Shown: positions 24,863-37,540, counted from the stretch's first letter. The stretch is 64,000 nt of DNA from Pristiophorus japonicus (GCF_044704955.1 NC_091989.1:8990001-9054000); one strand, 5' to 3'. Numbers and translations are program-made. Notes: generated by a model from the sequence alone, not told the origin.

Positions 24863-25824
24863 AAAAATAAAGGACACGTTTCACTCGGTCAGGCAACTAT
24901 TCTCCATCTGTTAAATGGTTGCATTCTGACACATTTATTGCAGGAACTCATTATCGACAATCAGAAGCCTTACAACATATGGAACGATAGAAAGTTGGGA
25001 GTGAGCAGTAAGACTGTAATTTAGTCAATGAGTATAGATTACATCATAAACCACACACATGCTGTATGGATGTCAGCCCATTTTAAATTAGTCTATTACT
25101 CGGCCCTGGTCTACTACTGATGTTCACAATATATTATAGAGCTTCGATAACACGCAAATAACAGCAATAACAATAAATAGTGTTAGAATTGCATTGATTG
25201 AGGACAGGGAGATGCAAGTGTAATGATGCCAATGCAGAATAAATTATCAGATGGCTCACAGCCTGGCATAGTGAGGGAGTTGCCATAGTCCGCAATATTA
25301 GTTAAAAGAAATAAATTTACATCTCAAAGCGCTTTACAGACAATTAAGTATTTTTGTGGAGTGTAGTCACTGTTGTAATGTGGGAAACTCAGCAGCCAAT
25401 TTGCGCACAGCAAGCTCCCACAAACAGCAATGTGATAATGACCAGATAATCTGGATTTTTTTTTGTTACGTTGATTGAGGGATAAATATTGGCCTCAGGA
25501 CACTAGGGACAACTCCCCTGCTCTTCTTCGAAATAGTGACCTGGGATCTTTTACATCCACCTGAGAGAGCAGACGGGGCCTCGGTTTAACGTCTCATCCA
25601 AAAGACGGCACCTCCATTGAAGGATAATCACTGACTTACCCAAATATAACAATCAATAGTTTCAGATGAGGCCACAAACTAGAAATGTGAAGCTTTATCA
25701 GTGGCTCTCAGTCCTAAATTTGGATCGTTACGTTTAATTCTCTTTGCGATTTTTATAAATTGAAAACCGGGGTGATAAGCCTGCAAGGCAGCTTCATTCA
25801 GTTGGCTGGACCACGCAATCTAGG

Positions 25825-26250
25825 TTCACCCCCCCCTGTGCTCGCTGCCCGACATTGGCTCCCAGTTAAGCAACACCTTGATTTCAAAATTCGCATCCTT
25901 GTTTATAAAGCCCTCCATGGCCTCACCCCGCCTCACCCCACCCCCCCGCCCCTCTACCTCTGTAATCTCCTCCCGACATATCTGCACTTCTCATATTCTG
26001 CCCTCTCGAGCATCCCTGATTATAATCGCTCCACCATCGGTGGCCGTGCCTTCTATTGCTTGGGCCCCAAGCTCTGGAACTCCCTGCCTAAACCTCTCCG
26101 CCTCGCTTTCCTCCTTTAAGACGCTCCTTAAAACCTACCTCATTGACCACCTTCTGCATTTCTTCTTATGTGGCTCGATGTCAAATTTTTGGCTTATAAC
26201 ACTCCTGTGAAGCGCCTTGGGACATGTTACTACCTTAAAGGAGCTATATA
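25825..26250 (+). mobile_element. L2 LINE 3' fragment
   Basis: HWLPVKQHLDFKI...GGRAF...PKLWNSLP; L2 tail. Confidence 0.85.
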
Positions 26251-26990
26251 GGAACGTAAGAATTAGGAGCAGGAGTAGGCTATTCGGCCCCTCGAGCCTG
26301 CTCCACCATTCAATGAGATCCTGGTTGATCTTCTACCTTAACTCCACTTTCCTGCACTGTCCCCATATCCCTTGATTCCCTTAATATTCAAAAATCTATC
26401 GATCTCTGTCTTGAATATACTCAAAGACTGAGCATCCATGGCCCTCTGGGGCAGAGAATTACAAAGATTCACCACCCTCTGAGTGAAGAAGTTTCTCCTC
26501 ATCTCAGTCCTAAATGGCCGACCCCTTATTCTGAGACTGTGACCCCTGGTTCTAGACTCCCCAGCCCGGGGGAAACATCCTCCCCGCATCTACCCTGACA
26601 AGCCCTGTAAGAATTTTGTATGTTTCAATGAGATCACCTCTCATTCTTCTAAACTCTAGAGAATATAGGTCCATTCTACTCAATCTCTCCTCATAGGGCA
26701 ATCCCCCCATCCCAGGAATCAGTCTGGTGAACCTTCGTTGCACTCCCTTTATGGCAAGTATATCCTCCTTAGGTAAGACCAAAACTGTAAACAATATTCC
26801 AGGTGCGGTCTCACCAGGGCCCGATATAATTGCAGTAAGACGTCTTTACTCTTATACTCAAATCCTCTTGTAATAAAGGAAAACATGCCATTTGCTTTCT
26901 TAATCACTTGCTGTACCTGCATGTTAACTTTCAGTGATAAGTGTACAAGGACACCCAGGTCCCCCTGAGCACCAACATTTCCCAATCTCT
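26250..26990 (-). mobile_element. CR1 LINE 3' fragment
   Basis: DLGVLVH...LVRPHLEYCLQFWS, RGDLIETYKIL, TRGHSLRIRG. Confidence 0.9.
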
Positions 26991-27021
26991 CACTCTGCTT
27001 TTCTATTTTTCCTACTTTGTG

Positions 27022-27446
27022 CAGGTTGATCCTCCCATATCCAGCACCCTCGGGACCTGGCCTGTCCCGAACGAGGGATTTTGCCGGATGAGGGGAGGTC
27101 ACGTGTTTAGGTGGACTGCGCCTTTAAGTGTTGTTGCTGGGGTAAGTATGCGTGTGCGCTGATTGGTTGGACCGACTGTCAGTTAGTCAGTCAGCCAATC
27201 AGTGTGCAGGGGACCCCGAAGAGTCGGCCCGACATCCCCCCCGGAGGGAGTGTCGTGGGGAGGAGTGGCTGGCCCGAGGACTGTGGCCACAGGAGTTCCA
27301 GCCGGGCAATGAGGAGGAGGCAGCCGATTGAGGAGAAAGATTAAAGTGGGGAATAGGATTTTGACAGTCACGTTCTGCGCATGCTCCAACCGGTGGCCGG
27401 GAATGGTGCCTGATAAGGGAGTCGCGGATAAGAGAGGTTCAGCCTG
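27022..27446. mobile_element. Tc1/mariner (Tigger/pogo-like) MITE
   Basis: TIRs CAGGTTGATCCTCCCATATCC ... GGATAAGAGAGGTTCAGCCTG followed by TA; sister copy in opposite orientation at 53636-54007. Confidence 0.8.
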
Positions 27447-27629
27447 TATAAATACAAGTTGTTGTTGTTGTTGTACAATCCAGGGCAGTGCTAAAGGAGC
27501 ACTGAATTCTGAGTGGTGCCGTACTTCGAATGAGTTTTTAAAGGAAGGTCCAGTTTGCCCATTCAAGTGGCTGTTAGAGATCCATGGCACTGTTCAACGA
27601 AGAGCATGGGGTCCTGCAACCAATACAGA

Positions 27630-27941
27630 ACAAGGGGGTCACAGTCTAAGGATAAGGGGTAAGCCATTTAGGACCGAGATGAGGAGAAACTTCTTCACAC
27701 AGAGAATTGTGAACCTGTGGAATTCCCTACCACAGAAAGTTGTTAAGGTCAGTTCATTCGGTATATTCAAAAGGGAGTTAGATGTGGCCCTTATGGCTAA
27801 AGGGATCAAGGGGTATGGAGAGAAAGCAGGAATGGGGTACTGAGGTTGCATGATCAGCCATGATCATATTGAATGGTGGTGCAGGCTCGAAGGGCCGAAT
27901 GGCCTAATCCTGCACCTATTTTCTATGTTTCTATGTTTCTA
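27630..27941 (+). mobile_element. CR1 LINE 3' end
   Basis: GHSLRIRGKPFRTEMRRNFF; (TTTCTATG)n tail. Confidence 0.9.
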
Positions 27942-28299
27942 GTACCACCAAAAAACCCCAGATTGACTGATCGTTCATCTTGTGGTTTTTCATAGAAGTC
28001 ATAGAATCGTTGGGCTAGACTTTCCTGAGAGCCCCTCAACAGCCAGAGAAACTGCTATTGTTTTGCAACTAACGCTGGCGACAATTTCCATAATTAAGTT
28101 AAAAATAACAATTAGTAAAACTGAAGCATTTTGAATTTCACAAAGCCCTAGATTTGTAGTAGCAAATGGTCTGCAATGGCTATATTCAGTTTTGAAAAGT
28201 TATTAAGCATGGCAAGGAAAAAAAATATTTTCTCACCTATAGCAAAATGTAATGACTGACAGCCACGTCAGTAAATCGAGGAATAGAATGTCTGCTGTC

Positions 28300-30125
28300 T
28301 CAACACCGCAAGGCAGCCGGTGGTGTTTGAGCTGCCGAGATCGGAGATGTAATACTGCTAATACTGAATCTGTAATCATTTTCCCCAACTGTGGCACCAG
28401 ATGCCATTGGCCCAGAATGGATGTTGCATTTACCTGTGTAGCACCAATCCCTGCACTTCAAAACGTAATTCATTGTGTAAATTGTTCAAGCATTTGGATG
28501 TCAATGGTGTTGTATAAATCCGAGTTATTCTTGCAGGGCTTGACAGTGAGGATGTTTCCCCCGCCTGAGGAGTCTAGAACCAGGGGTCACAGTCTCAAAA
28601 TAAAGGATAGGCCATTTAGGACCGAGATGGGAAAAACTTCTTCACTCAGAGAGTTGTTAACCTTTGGAATTCTCGACTGCAGAGAGTTGTTGGTGCCAGT
28701 TCGTTAGTGTAATATCTTCACAGAGCACAGCACACACAGCTTCCTAAAATGCAGGCGGCTCTCTCGGAACTCTCCGGAAAACTGCCTGTTGTTTAATGAT
28801 TAACTATGCAGCTGCAGTACACAATACGTCCACATCCACAGTGTGGAACCACAAGCATTACAAGCTTACAGACATTACACTTCTCCCTCCTTAATGAAAA
28901 AGCCATCATAACAACCATCATAAATAACTTTCATGTTTATACATAACACAGGAAAAAAACTTTTTTTTTCCTTATTTACAAATTTAACTTTACCACTTGT
29001 TTTCTGTTTCGAAGAGGATACTGTTGCTCTCGAACAGAACCTTCCAAACATGGTCTTGATTTCACACTCATTTGAGGCTCTTCCTGAGGAACATTTTCCG
29101 CCATGAAATTTCCTTGATTTTCATTTGCGTTCACTCTAACTTCAGGCTCTTTGTTTCCCTGACTCGGACTCAGACTTTCATTCTGATTCTCTCCTGGATT
29201 TGTTTCCAGTACATTGGATTTAGGATTTGCTACTGGTATATCAAAACTATCTGAAAAGTTAGAAATAATTGAATCATTCCCACCTTCAACTCCTTCCATG
29301 TCTGTAGGTAAAATATGATCAATATGGACAGTTAGATATATTCAAGAGGGAGTTAGATATGGCCCTGATGGCTAAAGGGATCAAGGGGTATGGAGAGAAA
29401 GCAGGAAAGGGGTACTGAGGTGAATGATCAGCCATGATCTTGTTGAATGGCGGAGCAGGCTCGAGGGGCCGAATGGCCGACTTCTGCTCCTAATTTTTAT
29501 GTTCTTATTTGCTTGTTAAGGGTAAAGAGCCACAGTGCAGGATATCAACATGGTTGAAAAGAGTAAGAATGAAGGCGAGGTAAATCAAAAGGCAGGACTA
29601 GGTGTTGCTAAACTTGGGGTTTAAAACCTGTCGATTGTAGGAGAATGGATTGTCTGAGGGAAGCAAGGAGCTCCAAAGTTGAGAGGTCCAGTAAGAGATT
29701 GAGCAGTGTAGGAGGTGATAAGATGTGTCCTCATTTCAACACACTGTGAATTCACAGAGGATGAAAAGTATGTAGGGTGGTATCTTTGGAGCTGATGCCT
29801 GTTGAGTAGGTGTCAGCCGTGGCTCGGTGAATAGAATGTTTAAAGCCCCAACACCGCAGGGCGGCCGATGGTGTTTGTGCTGCCGAGTTTGGAGATGTAA
29901 TACTGCTAATGGTACTGAATGAATCTGTAATCATTTTCTCCAACTGTGGCACCAGATGCCATTGGCCCAGAATTGCTGTTGCTTTTACCTGCATTGCACC
30001 AATCCCTGCACTTCAAAACGTAATTCATTGTGTAAAGCGTTTGAAGCATTTGGATGTGAATGGTGTTGTATAAATCCGAGTTATTCTTGCAGGGCTTGGC
30101 AGGGTAGATGCAGGGAGGATCATTC
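28300..30125 (+). repeat. Old local direct duplication (28300-28560 vs 29849-30125)
   Basis: About 270 bp of diverged direct homology including the same old-SINE-tail/CR1 junction (GAGTTATTCTTGCAGGGCTTG). Confidence 0.85.
28708..29330 (-). mobile_element. Gypsy retrotransposon remnant: integrase C-terminus, PPT and 3' LTR
   Basis: LTR 28708-28879 (TGTAAT...ATTACA), minus-strand PPT GGAGGGAGAAG, ORF ending QYPLRNRKQVVKLNL preceded by VHIDHI; flanked by GTTAG/GTTAG inside a CR1. Confidence 0.85.
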
Positions 30126-30134
30126 CCCTGACTC

Positions 30135-30845
30135 ACTCGCCTCTGAGTCAGAACATTGTCGGTTCCAGTCCCACTCCAGAGACTTGAGCACAAAAGTCTA
30201 GGCTGACACTCGCAGTGCAGTGCTGAGAGAGTGCTGCACTGTCGGAGGTGCCCTATATCAGATGGGACGTTAAACCGAGGCCCCATCTACCCTCTCGCAT
30301 GGATGTAAAAGCATCATCATCATAGGTAGTCCCTCAGAATTGAGGAAGATTTGCTTCCACTCTAAAAATTAGTCCTTAGGTGGCTGTACAGTCCAATATG
30401 CGAACCACAGTCTCTGTCACAGGTGGGACAGATAGTCGTTGAGGGAAAGGTTGGGTGGGACAGGTTTGCTGCACGCTCTTTCCGCTGCCTGCGCTTGTTT
30501 TCTGCATGCTCTCGGGAATGAGACTCGAGGTGCTCAGCGCCCTCCCGGCTGCACTTCCTCCATTTAGGGCGGTCTTTGGCCAGGGACTCCCAGGTGTCCC
30601 ATGACATTAACTCAAAGAAGAGCAGGGGAGTTATTCCCAGTGTCATGGCCAATATTTATCCCTAAATCAACATCACTAAAAACAGATTATCTGGTTGTTG
30701 TTTGTGGGAGCTTGCTGTGCAGAAATTGGCTGCTGCGTTTCCCACATTACAACAGTGACTACACTTCAAAAGTACTTCATTGGTTATAAAGCACTTTGGG
30801 ATATCCTGAAGTTGTGAAAGACAATGTATGAATGTAAGTCTTTAT
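30135..30845 (+). mobile_element. SacSINE1-like SINE interrupted by an RTE 3' fragment (30313-30598, minus)
   Basis: SINE head at 30135-30310 and tail at 30610-30845; the insert encodes WESLAKDRPKWRK...CPTC...HLRT. Confidence 0.8.
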
Positions 30846-31427
30846 TTTTTTGAATAATTTTCCCCTGCCGTTTAAATATGTCTGTTATTGAGTAAAATAC
30901 AATATAGATTTCTTCTTAAAACTGGTCAGTTTGCTTTACATGCCATTCACTTCTCTAACTCTGTCTGAGGATTGAAAGTGATATTGGATAACGACCAGTG
31001 CCAATTTTTACGATAGGGCAGTGTTACAGCACATGATAGAACCGGCAGTGGTACAGGGCTATTTTAATAACAGATTGCAGGAAAATTGAGCTCATATACA
31101 TTATGAAAAGATCATTTTCTTGTCGGGTCAGAAAAATTAAAGGAGCAGTTTTCAGCTAAGGTTACTGCTAAAACGATCAATATTAATGACTGGCATGAAA
31201 AATGATCGGACGCATTGCTACGAATCTAGCCGCCACTTTTCTTTTACAATAGAACAGCAAAAATGTTCTCCCTATCGTCAGATGTCGATGCAGAAAAGGC
31301 CAAGTATGCCTCTTGCTCTCTTATGCATCATTGTGCTCTTAAAGTGGCTGAACTAGAATTAGAGAGAAGGTAATTATTGAACTTCACAAATATAACAATC
31401 AATGGTTTCAGATGAGACCATCATTAA

Positions 31428-31700
31428 CAATAACTTGCATTTATATAGCGCCTTTAACATAGTAAAACGTCCCAAGGCACTGCACAGGAGCATTACCAAA
31501 ACAGAATTTGACACCGAGCCACATAACGAGATGTTAGGGCAGATGACCAAAAGCTTGGTCAAAGAGGCAGGTTTGAAGGAGCGTCTTAAAGGAGGAGAGA
31601 GAGGTACAGAGGTTTAGGGAGGGAATTCCAGAGCTTAGGGCCTAGGCAGCTGAAGGCATGGCCACCGATGGCTGAGCGATTATAAACAGGGATGTTAAAT
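31428..31700 (-). mobile_element. L2 LINE 3' end
   Basis: Reverse complement of the L2 tail seen at 45600-45873. Confidence 0.8.
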
Positions 31701-31944
31701 CTATAAACTAGAATATAAATAAACTGGAAAAGGTAACTTTCAACAGTGTTTCAGAATCCTAAAATTGCATTGTTACCTCAAATTCACTTTGCAATTTTTT
31801 TTGAAAATTGACAACCGAGGTGCTCAGCCTGTGTTCCAGCTTCATTCAGTTAATAGCACTCTCACTCTGGGTCTGAAGGTTGTGGGTTTGCTCCCCACAC
31901 CTGGGCTGAAACGCATCACCTTTGCCTTGCAATCTAGGACAGTA

Positions 31945-32250
31945 TCGCCGGCATCAAAGCATTGACCACGCTCGACCAGCTCCGATGGGCAGGTCACATT
32001 GTCCGCATGCCCGATACTAGACTCCCGAAACAGGCGCTCTACTCTGAGCTATGTCACGGCAAGCGAGCCCCAGGAGGGCAGAGAAAACGCTTCAAGGGCA
32101 CCCCCAAAGCCTCCTTGAAAAAATATAGCACCTCCTCCGACTCTTGGGAATCCCTGGCCCACGACCGCTCAAAGTGGAGGAGAAGCTTCCGAGAAGGCAC
32201 CGAACACCTTACGTCTCTTCACTGGGAGCACACGGAAGCCAAGTACAAAC
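31945..32250 (+). mobile_element. RTE LINE internal fragment
   Basis: DQLRWAGHIVRMPDTRLPKQALYSEL. Confidence 0.85.
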
Positions 32251-32424
32251 AGCACAATCTTCATTCAGCTGAAAGTACTCTCACCTCTGGATCTGGGCTG
32301 AAACACATCATCTGAGCCTTGCAACCTAGGCCAGTACCATTGGAGTTCAGAGGCTAACTCAATCATGCTTCAGTTCTATTCTGAGTGACAACTATCTCTA
32401 AAATTAGCAAATGTAAAGGTCAAA

Positions 32425-32875
32425 AGAAAAGAAAGCCGTGCATTTCTATAGCACCTTTCACAACACTTTGCAGCCAATGAAGTACTTTTTTTGAAGCATC
32501 ATCACTGTTGTAATGTCGGAAACACAGCAGCCAATTTGCACACAGCAATCTCCCACAAACAGCAACGTGATAGTGACCAGATAATCTGTTTTAGTGATGT
32601 TGATTGAGTGATAAATATTGGCCCCAGGACACCGGGGAAAACTCCCTTGCTCTTCTTCAAAATAGTGCCATGGGATCTTTTACATCCATCTGAGAGAGCA
32701 GACGGGGCCTTGGTTCAACATTTCAGCTGAAAGACAGCACCTCTGACAGCGCAGCACTCCCTCAGCACTGCACTGGAGTGTCAGCCTAGATTCTTGTGCT
32801 CAAGTCCTTGAAGTGGGACTTGAACCCACAACCTTCAGACTCCAAGGCGAGTGTGCTGCCCACTGAGCCACTGGC
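32425..32875 (-). mobile_element. SacSINE1-like SINE, full length
   Basis: Homologous to 2588-3060. Confidence 0.85.
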
Positions 32876-33371
32876 TCCCACGTGTCCATAAACTGTGCTA
32901 GATTATTCAGTTTGATTGTATTTTGGCAGTACAATCTCAAATATTCTGTATTATGGAGATTTTGTTTTTGGGTTATTAGCTGGCAGGCTGTGTAGGAGAG
33001 GGGCCCATAGTGGAAAAATGAAAAGGAAAATAGAATTGGTGGAATAGTGGAAGCCATGTGGTAATGATGAGAACAATCGAGTGATACAGTACTACATGGA
33101 GTTCCAGTAGCAAATCACTCTGTTTCTTGTCAATTTAGACAGAGAATACAGATTCTTGTACATAACAACCAGATTGTACAATGACTTAAACCGAAGATAA
33201 ATTTTAAAACTTCAGCCCACACTTCTAAAGAATTGGTTGCAAAATACTTGTTCAGATCTGTATGCACCCAAGGGACATTGCTCTCTTATCCAGTGCCGTG
33301 AACACTTGATACATCCCAGATGTGAGATTTTCAATTTTCAGCCTCAAACCAACAACAACTTGTGGTTATAT

Positions 33372-34320
33372 TGTTATATATGCAGACTATAAATATACTC
33401 TCTGTATAGTCACTGTATAGTTGCATAAGATGGAGACTTGTTTACCTGATGTACTATCAATAAGGTTTACACTGTGTATGTACTAAGCTGGCACCACTAG
33501 AGGGTGCAACTGGTGGAGATCGGGGTTTCCTGCCCTGGTGGCAGGGGCTGTATAAAAGGGGAGCCACCATGCGGCAGCCTCACTCTGGAGTTACGAATAA
33601 AGGACCAAGGTCACTACAGTTTGAGAACAAAACATTGCCTCGTGGAATCATTCATAAGTACACTATAGACATAATAACTGGCGACAAGAATACGGACTTT
33701 CACGCGATTATGGCTACCTTTGGCACACTAAAAGACTTCGCAGAGGGTGATGATTTGGATGCTTTCACGGAAAGGTTCAAGCTATATTTCGTGGCAAACG
33801 ACCTGGCAGGGGAGACGGACACATCAGCGGAGAAGTGCAAGGCTATGCTGCTGACCAGTTGTGGGCCCAAGGTCTACCGCCTCGTCAGGGACTTACTGGC
33901 ACCCACTAAGGCCAAGGATAAGACAAACGATTAGCTGACTGAACTAATTCGCGACCAACTAAAACCAAAACAGAGCATCCTCACGGCCAGACACAGATTC
34001 TACACTCACCACGGACCTGAGGGCCAGGAGATTGCAAAATATGCTGCCGACCTCAGGAGACTTGCGGCACCGTGTGATTTTGGCATGCATCTCAACGAAG
34101 CATTGCGAGACATCTTCATTATAGGAATTGGCCACGAGGGCCTCCTTCACAAGCTATTATCTGCCGACACCACAGTCAACCTGCAGAAGGCCATCAGCAT
34201 CAGTCAGGTGTTCATGACCTCGACCTGCAGCACCAAGCAAATTATTCATCCTGTGGACTCAAACCCGGCAAGTCCTGTACACAGAATGGTGTCTTTCACA
34301 GGCAAGACTGTAGAACGTGG
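33372..34320 (+). mobile_element. Gypsy (Mag-like) retrotransposon: 5' LTR, PBS and decayed gag
   Basis: LTR 33372-~33677 (TGTTATA start, TATAAAA, AATAAA), PBS-like TGGCGACAAG at 33679, gag from ATG 33710 (MATFGTLKDF...DAFTERFKLYFVAND...LLTSCG...LRDIFIIGI) with a stop and a frameshift. Confidence 0.85.
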
Positions 34321-34584
34321 TTGTTCAGAGTGTTTGCTCGCTATCATCACCCAGCTATTCCCTATGTGGACTGTGGGGGGGCGGGGGGTGAGAATGTATG
34401 TATGTAGCCATGGACACACACGTGGATCACACCCAGTACCCACTGGAACCTCCACTGCATCATCGAACCATCCAAACTGGTAATCACTACCCAACGTTGT
34501 GGCAAAAGGACTTGGGGGTTAACAGGGAGAGAGCCAAGCCAAAGCACAGCCAAGGTTCAAAGAGCAGAACAGTGCTGACCCATC

Positions 34585-35025
34585 AAAGAAAGAAAAACTT
34601 ACCTTTATATAGCGCCTTTCACAACCACAGGACGTCCCAAAGCACTTTACAGCCATTGAAGTACTTTCTGAAGTGCAGTCACTGTTGTAATGTAGGAAAC
34701 ACGGCAGCCAATTTGCGCACAGCAAGCTCCCACAAACAGCAATGTGATAATGACCAGATCATCTGTTTTAGTGATGTTGATTGAGGGATAAATATTGTCC
34801 CCGGGACACCGGGGATAACTCCTCTGCTCTTCTTCAAAATAGTGCCATGAGATCTTTTACATCCACCCGAGTGAGCAGTTGAATGTCTCATCCGAAAGAC
34901 GCCACTCCTGACAGTGTGGCACTCCCTCAGCACTGAATTTTTGTGCTCAAGTCTGTATGAATGGGACTTGAAGCCACAACCTGACTCAGAGTTAATGGTG
35001 CTACACACTGAGACATGGCTGACAT
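34585..35025 (-). mobile_element. SacSINE1-like SINE
   Basis: Homologous to 2588-3060 with internal deletions. Confidence 0.8.
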
Positions 35026-35424
35026 GTGAGAACAGAACCCATTGTGTGAGAGTCTCCTCTGACCATATAAAAACATGCTTGTTATTCTGGTCTCCTGCCA
35101 GCAGCCTTGCTGCGTATTCAGTCCCACTATATAGATTGTCTGCTTAATCACAACTGACTCGCCTTAATCTGTAAGCATCAGTTTTGTACATCATCTGTCT
35201 GAATCTATAGGGCTCCTCTTAGCATAATCATTTTAGTTCTGTAATATGGCATTTGATCTTGAACGTTAAAATGTTTTAAGCAGTTATTTGTGAGTCTACA
35301 TAGAACAAGAAAGGACCCAGATACAATTCCAGGTCTATGCTGAACTGGTAATGGCCCTCATCATCGCTGGACTGGGGGGAGAAAAAAATAAGAGCATAGT
35401 TTGCTCTCCAGTGACCCATCCTTC

Positions 35425-35780
35425 AGAAAGAAAGAAAGACTTGCATATATCCATCTACAAGATGCACTGCAGCAACTCGCCAAGGCTTCTTCGGCAGCAC
35501 CTCCCAAACCCGCGACCTCTACCACCTAGAAGGACAAGGGCAGCAGGCGCATGGGAACACCATCACCTCCACGTTCCCCTCCCAGTCACACACCATCCTG
35601 ACTTGGAAATATATCGGCCGTTCCTTCATCGTCGCTGGGTCACAATCCTGGAACTCCCTCCCTAACAGCACTGTGGGAGCACCTTCACCACACGGACTGC
35701 AGCGGTTCAAGAAGGCGGCTCACCACCACCTTCTCAAGGGGCAATTAGGGATGGGCAATAAATGCTGGCCCTGCCAGCAA
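35425..35780 (+). mobile_element. Chimeric element: inverted SINE tail fused to LINE 3' end (copy 1)
   Basis: AGAAAGAAAGACTTGCATATAT|CCATCTACAAGATGCAC...; identical junction at 60937-61320. Confidence 0.8.
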
Positions 35781-36039
35781 ATCAGTTGAGGTTTTACAAC
35801 AATCTACATAGTCACTTCTACTGATAGCTGCTTTTCATTTTTAAACTGAATTCAAATTCTCAAACATGATGCGATTTGAACTCACAATTAATTAGTCCAG
35901 GTCACCGGATTATCAGTCTAATAACATAACCACTACACTACACTACCACTCCTTACCACGTCACAGTTTGGTTCATTGCCTATAACTCGCAGCCAGGTTT
36001 GAGCCTTTTGAAGTGATTTGGTCTCTCTCTGCTTCTTTG

Positions 36040-36668
36040 CTAACTTGGCGACCCGACCCAGCATTCAGTGCAGCGGCCCGACCTGCAAGAACCATCAGCA
36101 GGTTGGGGCCTTCAAAGTAGCAGCGTGGAACATACCACTTCAAGGTACAGCGCGTGCTGGAGAGCGACGGCTGTGAAGAGGGTGAATGGATTAGACATCA
36201 CCAAGGTCCAGGTCGCTGATTGGAGCGTGGGCAGGTACAGCAGGAGTGGCGAGGTTGGGGCGAAGTTGGGGCGCAGGAACGGCGAGAGATTGCAGAGCAG
36301 TGTTATCGGGGCTCAGGGGAGGCATGAGTTCGGGGCTCAGAAGAGGCGAGGGCCCAGGGGCAGCACGGGCCCAGCCCACACTGCGATATGTGTGCGCACT
36401 AGGTCCGTGCAGCGGAGCTGGTCTCCTGTCGTCTTGGGTAACCCTTGCCACTGGACCAAGACCTCGCTCTGTCAAGCCCCGTGTGGTGGCTGGTGTGCAA
36501 CGGCCACCCCACATTAAAAAAATCCACCCACAGGCATCTTCCACCCTTCAACATGTAGTTCGGGATCTGGAATATTAGGTCGTTCATTGAAACACCTGTG
36601 AACTCATCCCTTTTTGGCGTGGAAGCAAGTCATCCTCGATACAAGGGAACGCCTATGATGATGATGAC
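36040..36668 (+). mobile_element. RTE-derived bipartite non-autonomous retroposon
   Basis: Putative 5' UTR, then ATG TAG TTC GGG ATC TGG AAT ATT AGG (M*FGIWNIR, like the RTE endonuclease start), then an RTE 3' tail matching 14226-14296. 5' boundary approximate. Confidence 0.75.
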
Positions 36669-37049
36669 TATTTGCAGTAGAAAGATAGATTCAAAGTGAT
36701 TGTACTGTCGTCCTTAACAGTATAGACTGTGTGAAGTGATCTTCAAATACATTTACATCCTAATTGAACTGTCCTTCCATCACTCACCTGTGTTCAGCAG
36801 CACTGTTTAATGACAAGGTAAACATGAAGTAATCAAGTATGACATCTTGACTTCAGGCACTGCGGAAAACAAAATTATCCACATTCATTTTGGGGGAGAA
36901 AAGACATGAGCATGTTACAATTTCAGGCCTATAATGAAAAGTGCAAATGGGAAAAACAGCATTTATAAGAAAAATTATATTTTGACATAAGACTGGAACA
37001 GCATGTCATCATTGAGCATTCATCGAATTGATAATGTTAGCACATCTGA

Positions 37050-37460
37050 AGAAAGAAGACTTGCATTTATATAGCACCTTTCACGACCATCGGATGTCTC
37101 AAAGCACTTTACAGCCAATGAAGAACTTTTGAAGTGTAGTCACTGTTGTAATGTGGGAAATACTGCAGACAGTTTGAGCACAGTAAGCTCCCACAAACAG
37201 CAATGTGATAATGACCCAGATAATCTGTTTTAGTGACGTTGATTGAGGGATAAATATTGGCCCCAGGACACCAGGGAGAACTCCCCTGCTTTTCTTCGAA
37301 ATAATGCCACGGGATCTTTTACGTCCACCCGAGAGAGCAGACGGGGGTCTCGGTTTAACGTCTCATCCAAAGGACGGCACCTCCGACAGTGCAGCGCTCC
37401 CTCAGCACTGCACTGGAGTGTCAGCCTGGATTTGTTTGTGCTCAAGTCCCTGGAATTGAA
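37050..37460 (-). mobile_element. SacSINE1-like SINE
   Basis: Homologous to 2588-3060. Confidence 0.85.
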
Positions 37461-37540
37461 ATCAATAGAGAGGGATTTCAGTCCCAACATGTTCAACCAG
37501 TTTGAGATTCAGATGCAAGTTCTTTCACGTGGATGCCAAG

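Noticed and set aside
34370-34480. 3' LTR of the Gypsy element at 33372
   Set aside because: A G-rich run followed by TGTATG resembles PPT plus LTR start, but the sequence does not match the 5' LTR.
36030-36200. HDV-like ribozyme at the 5' end of the RTE-derived element
   Set aside because: I could not assemble the nested double pseudoknot by eye, so it is left as a test, not a call.
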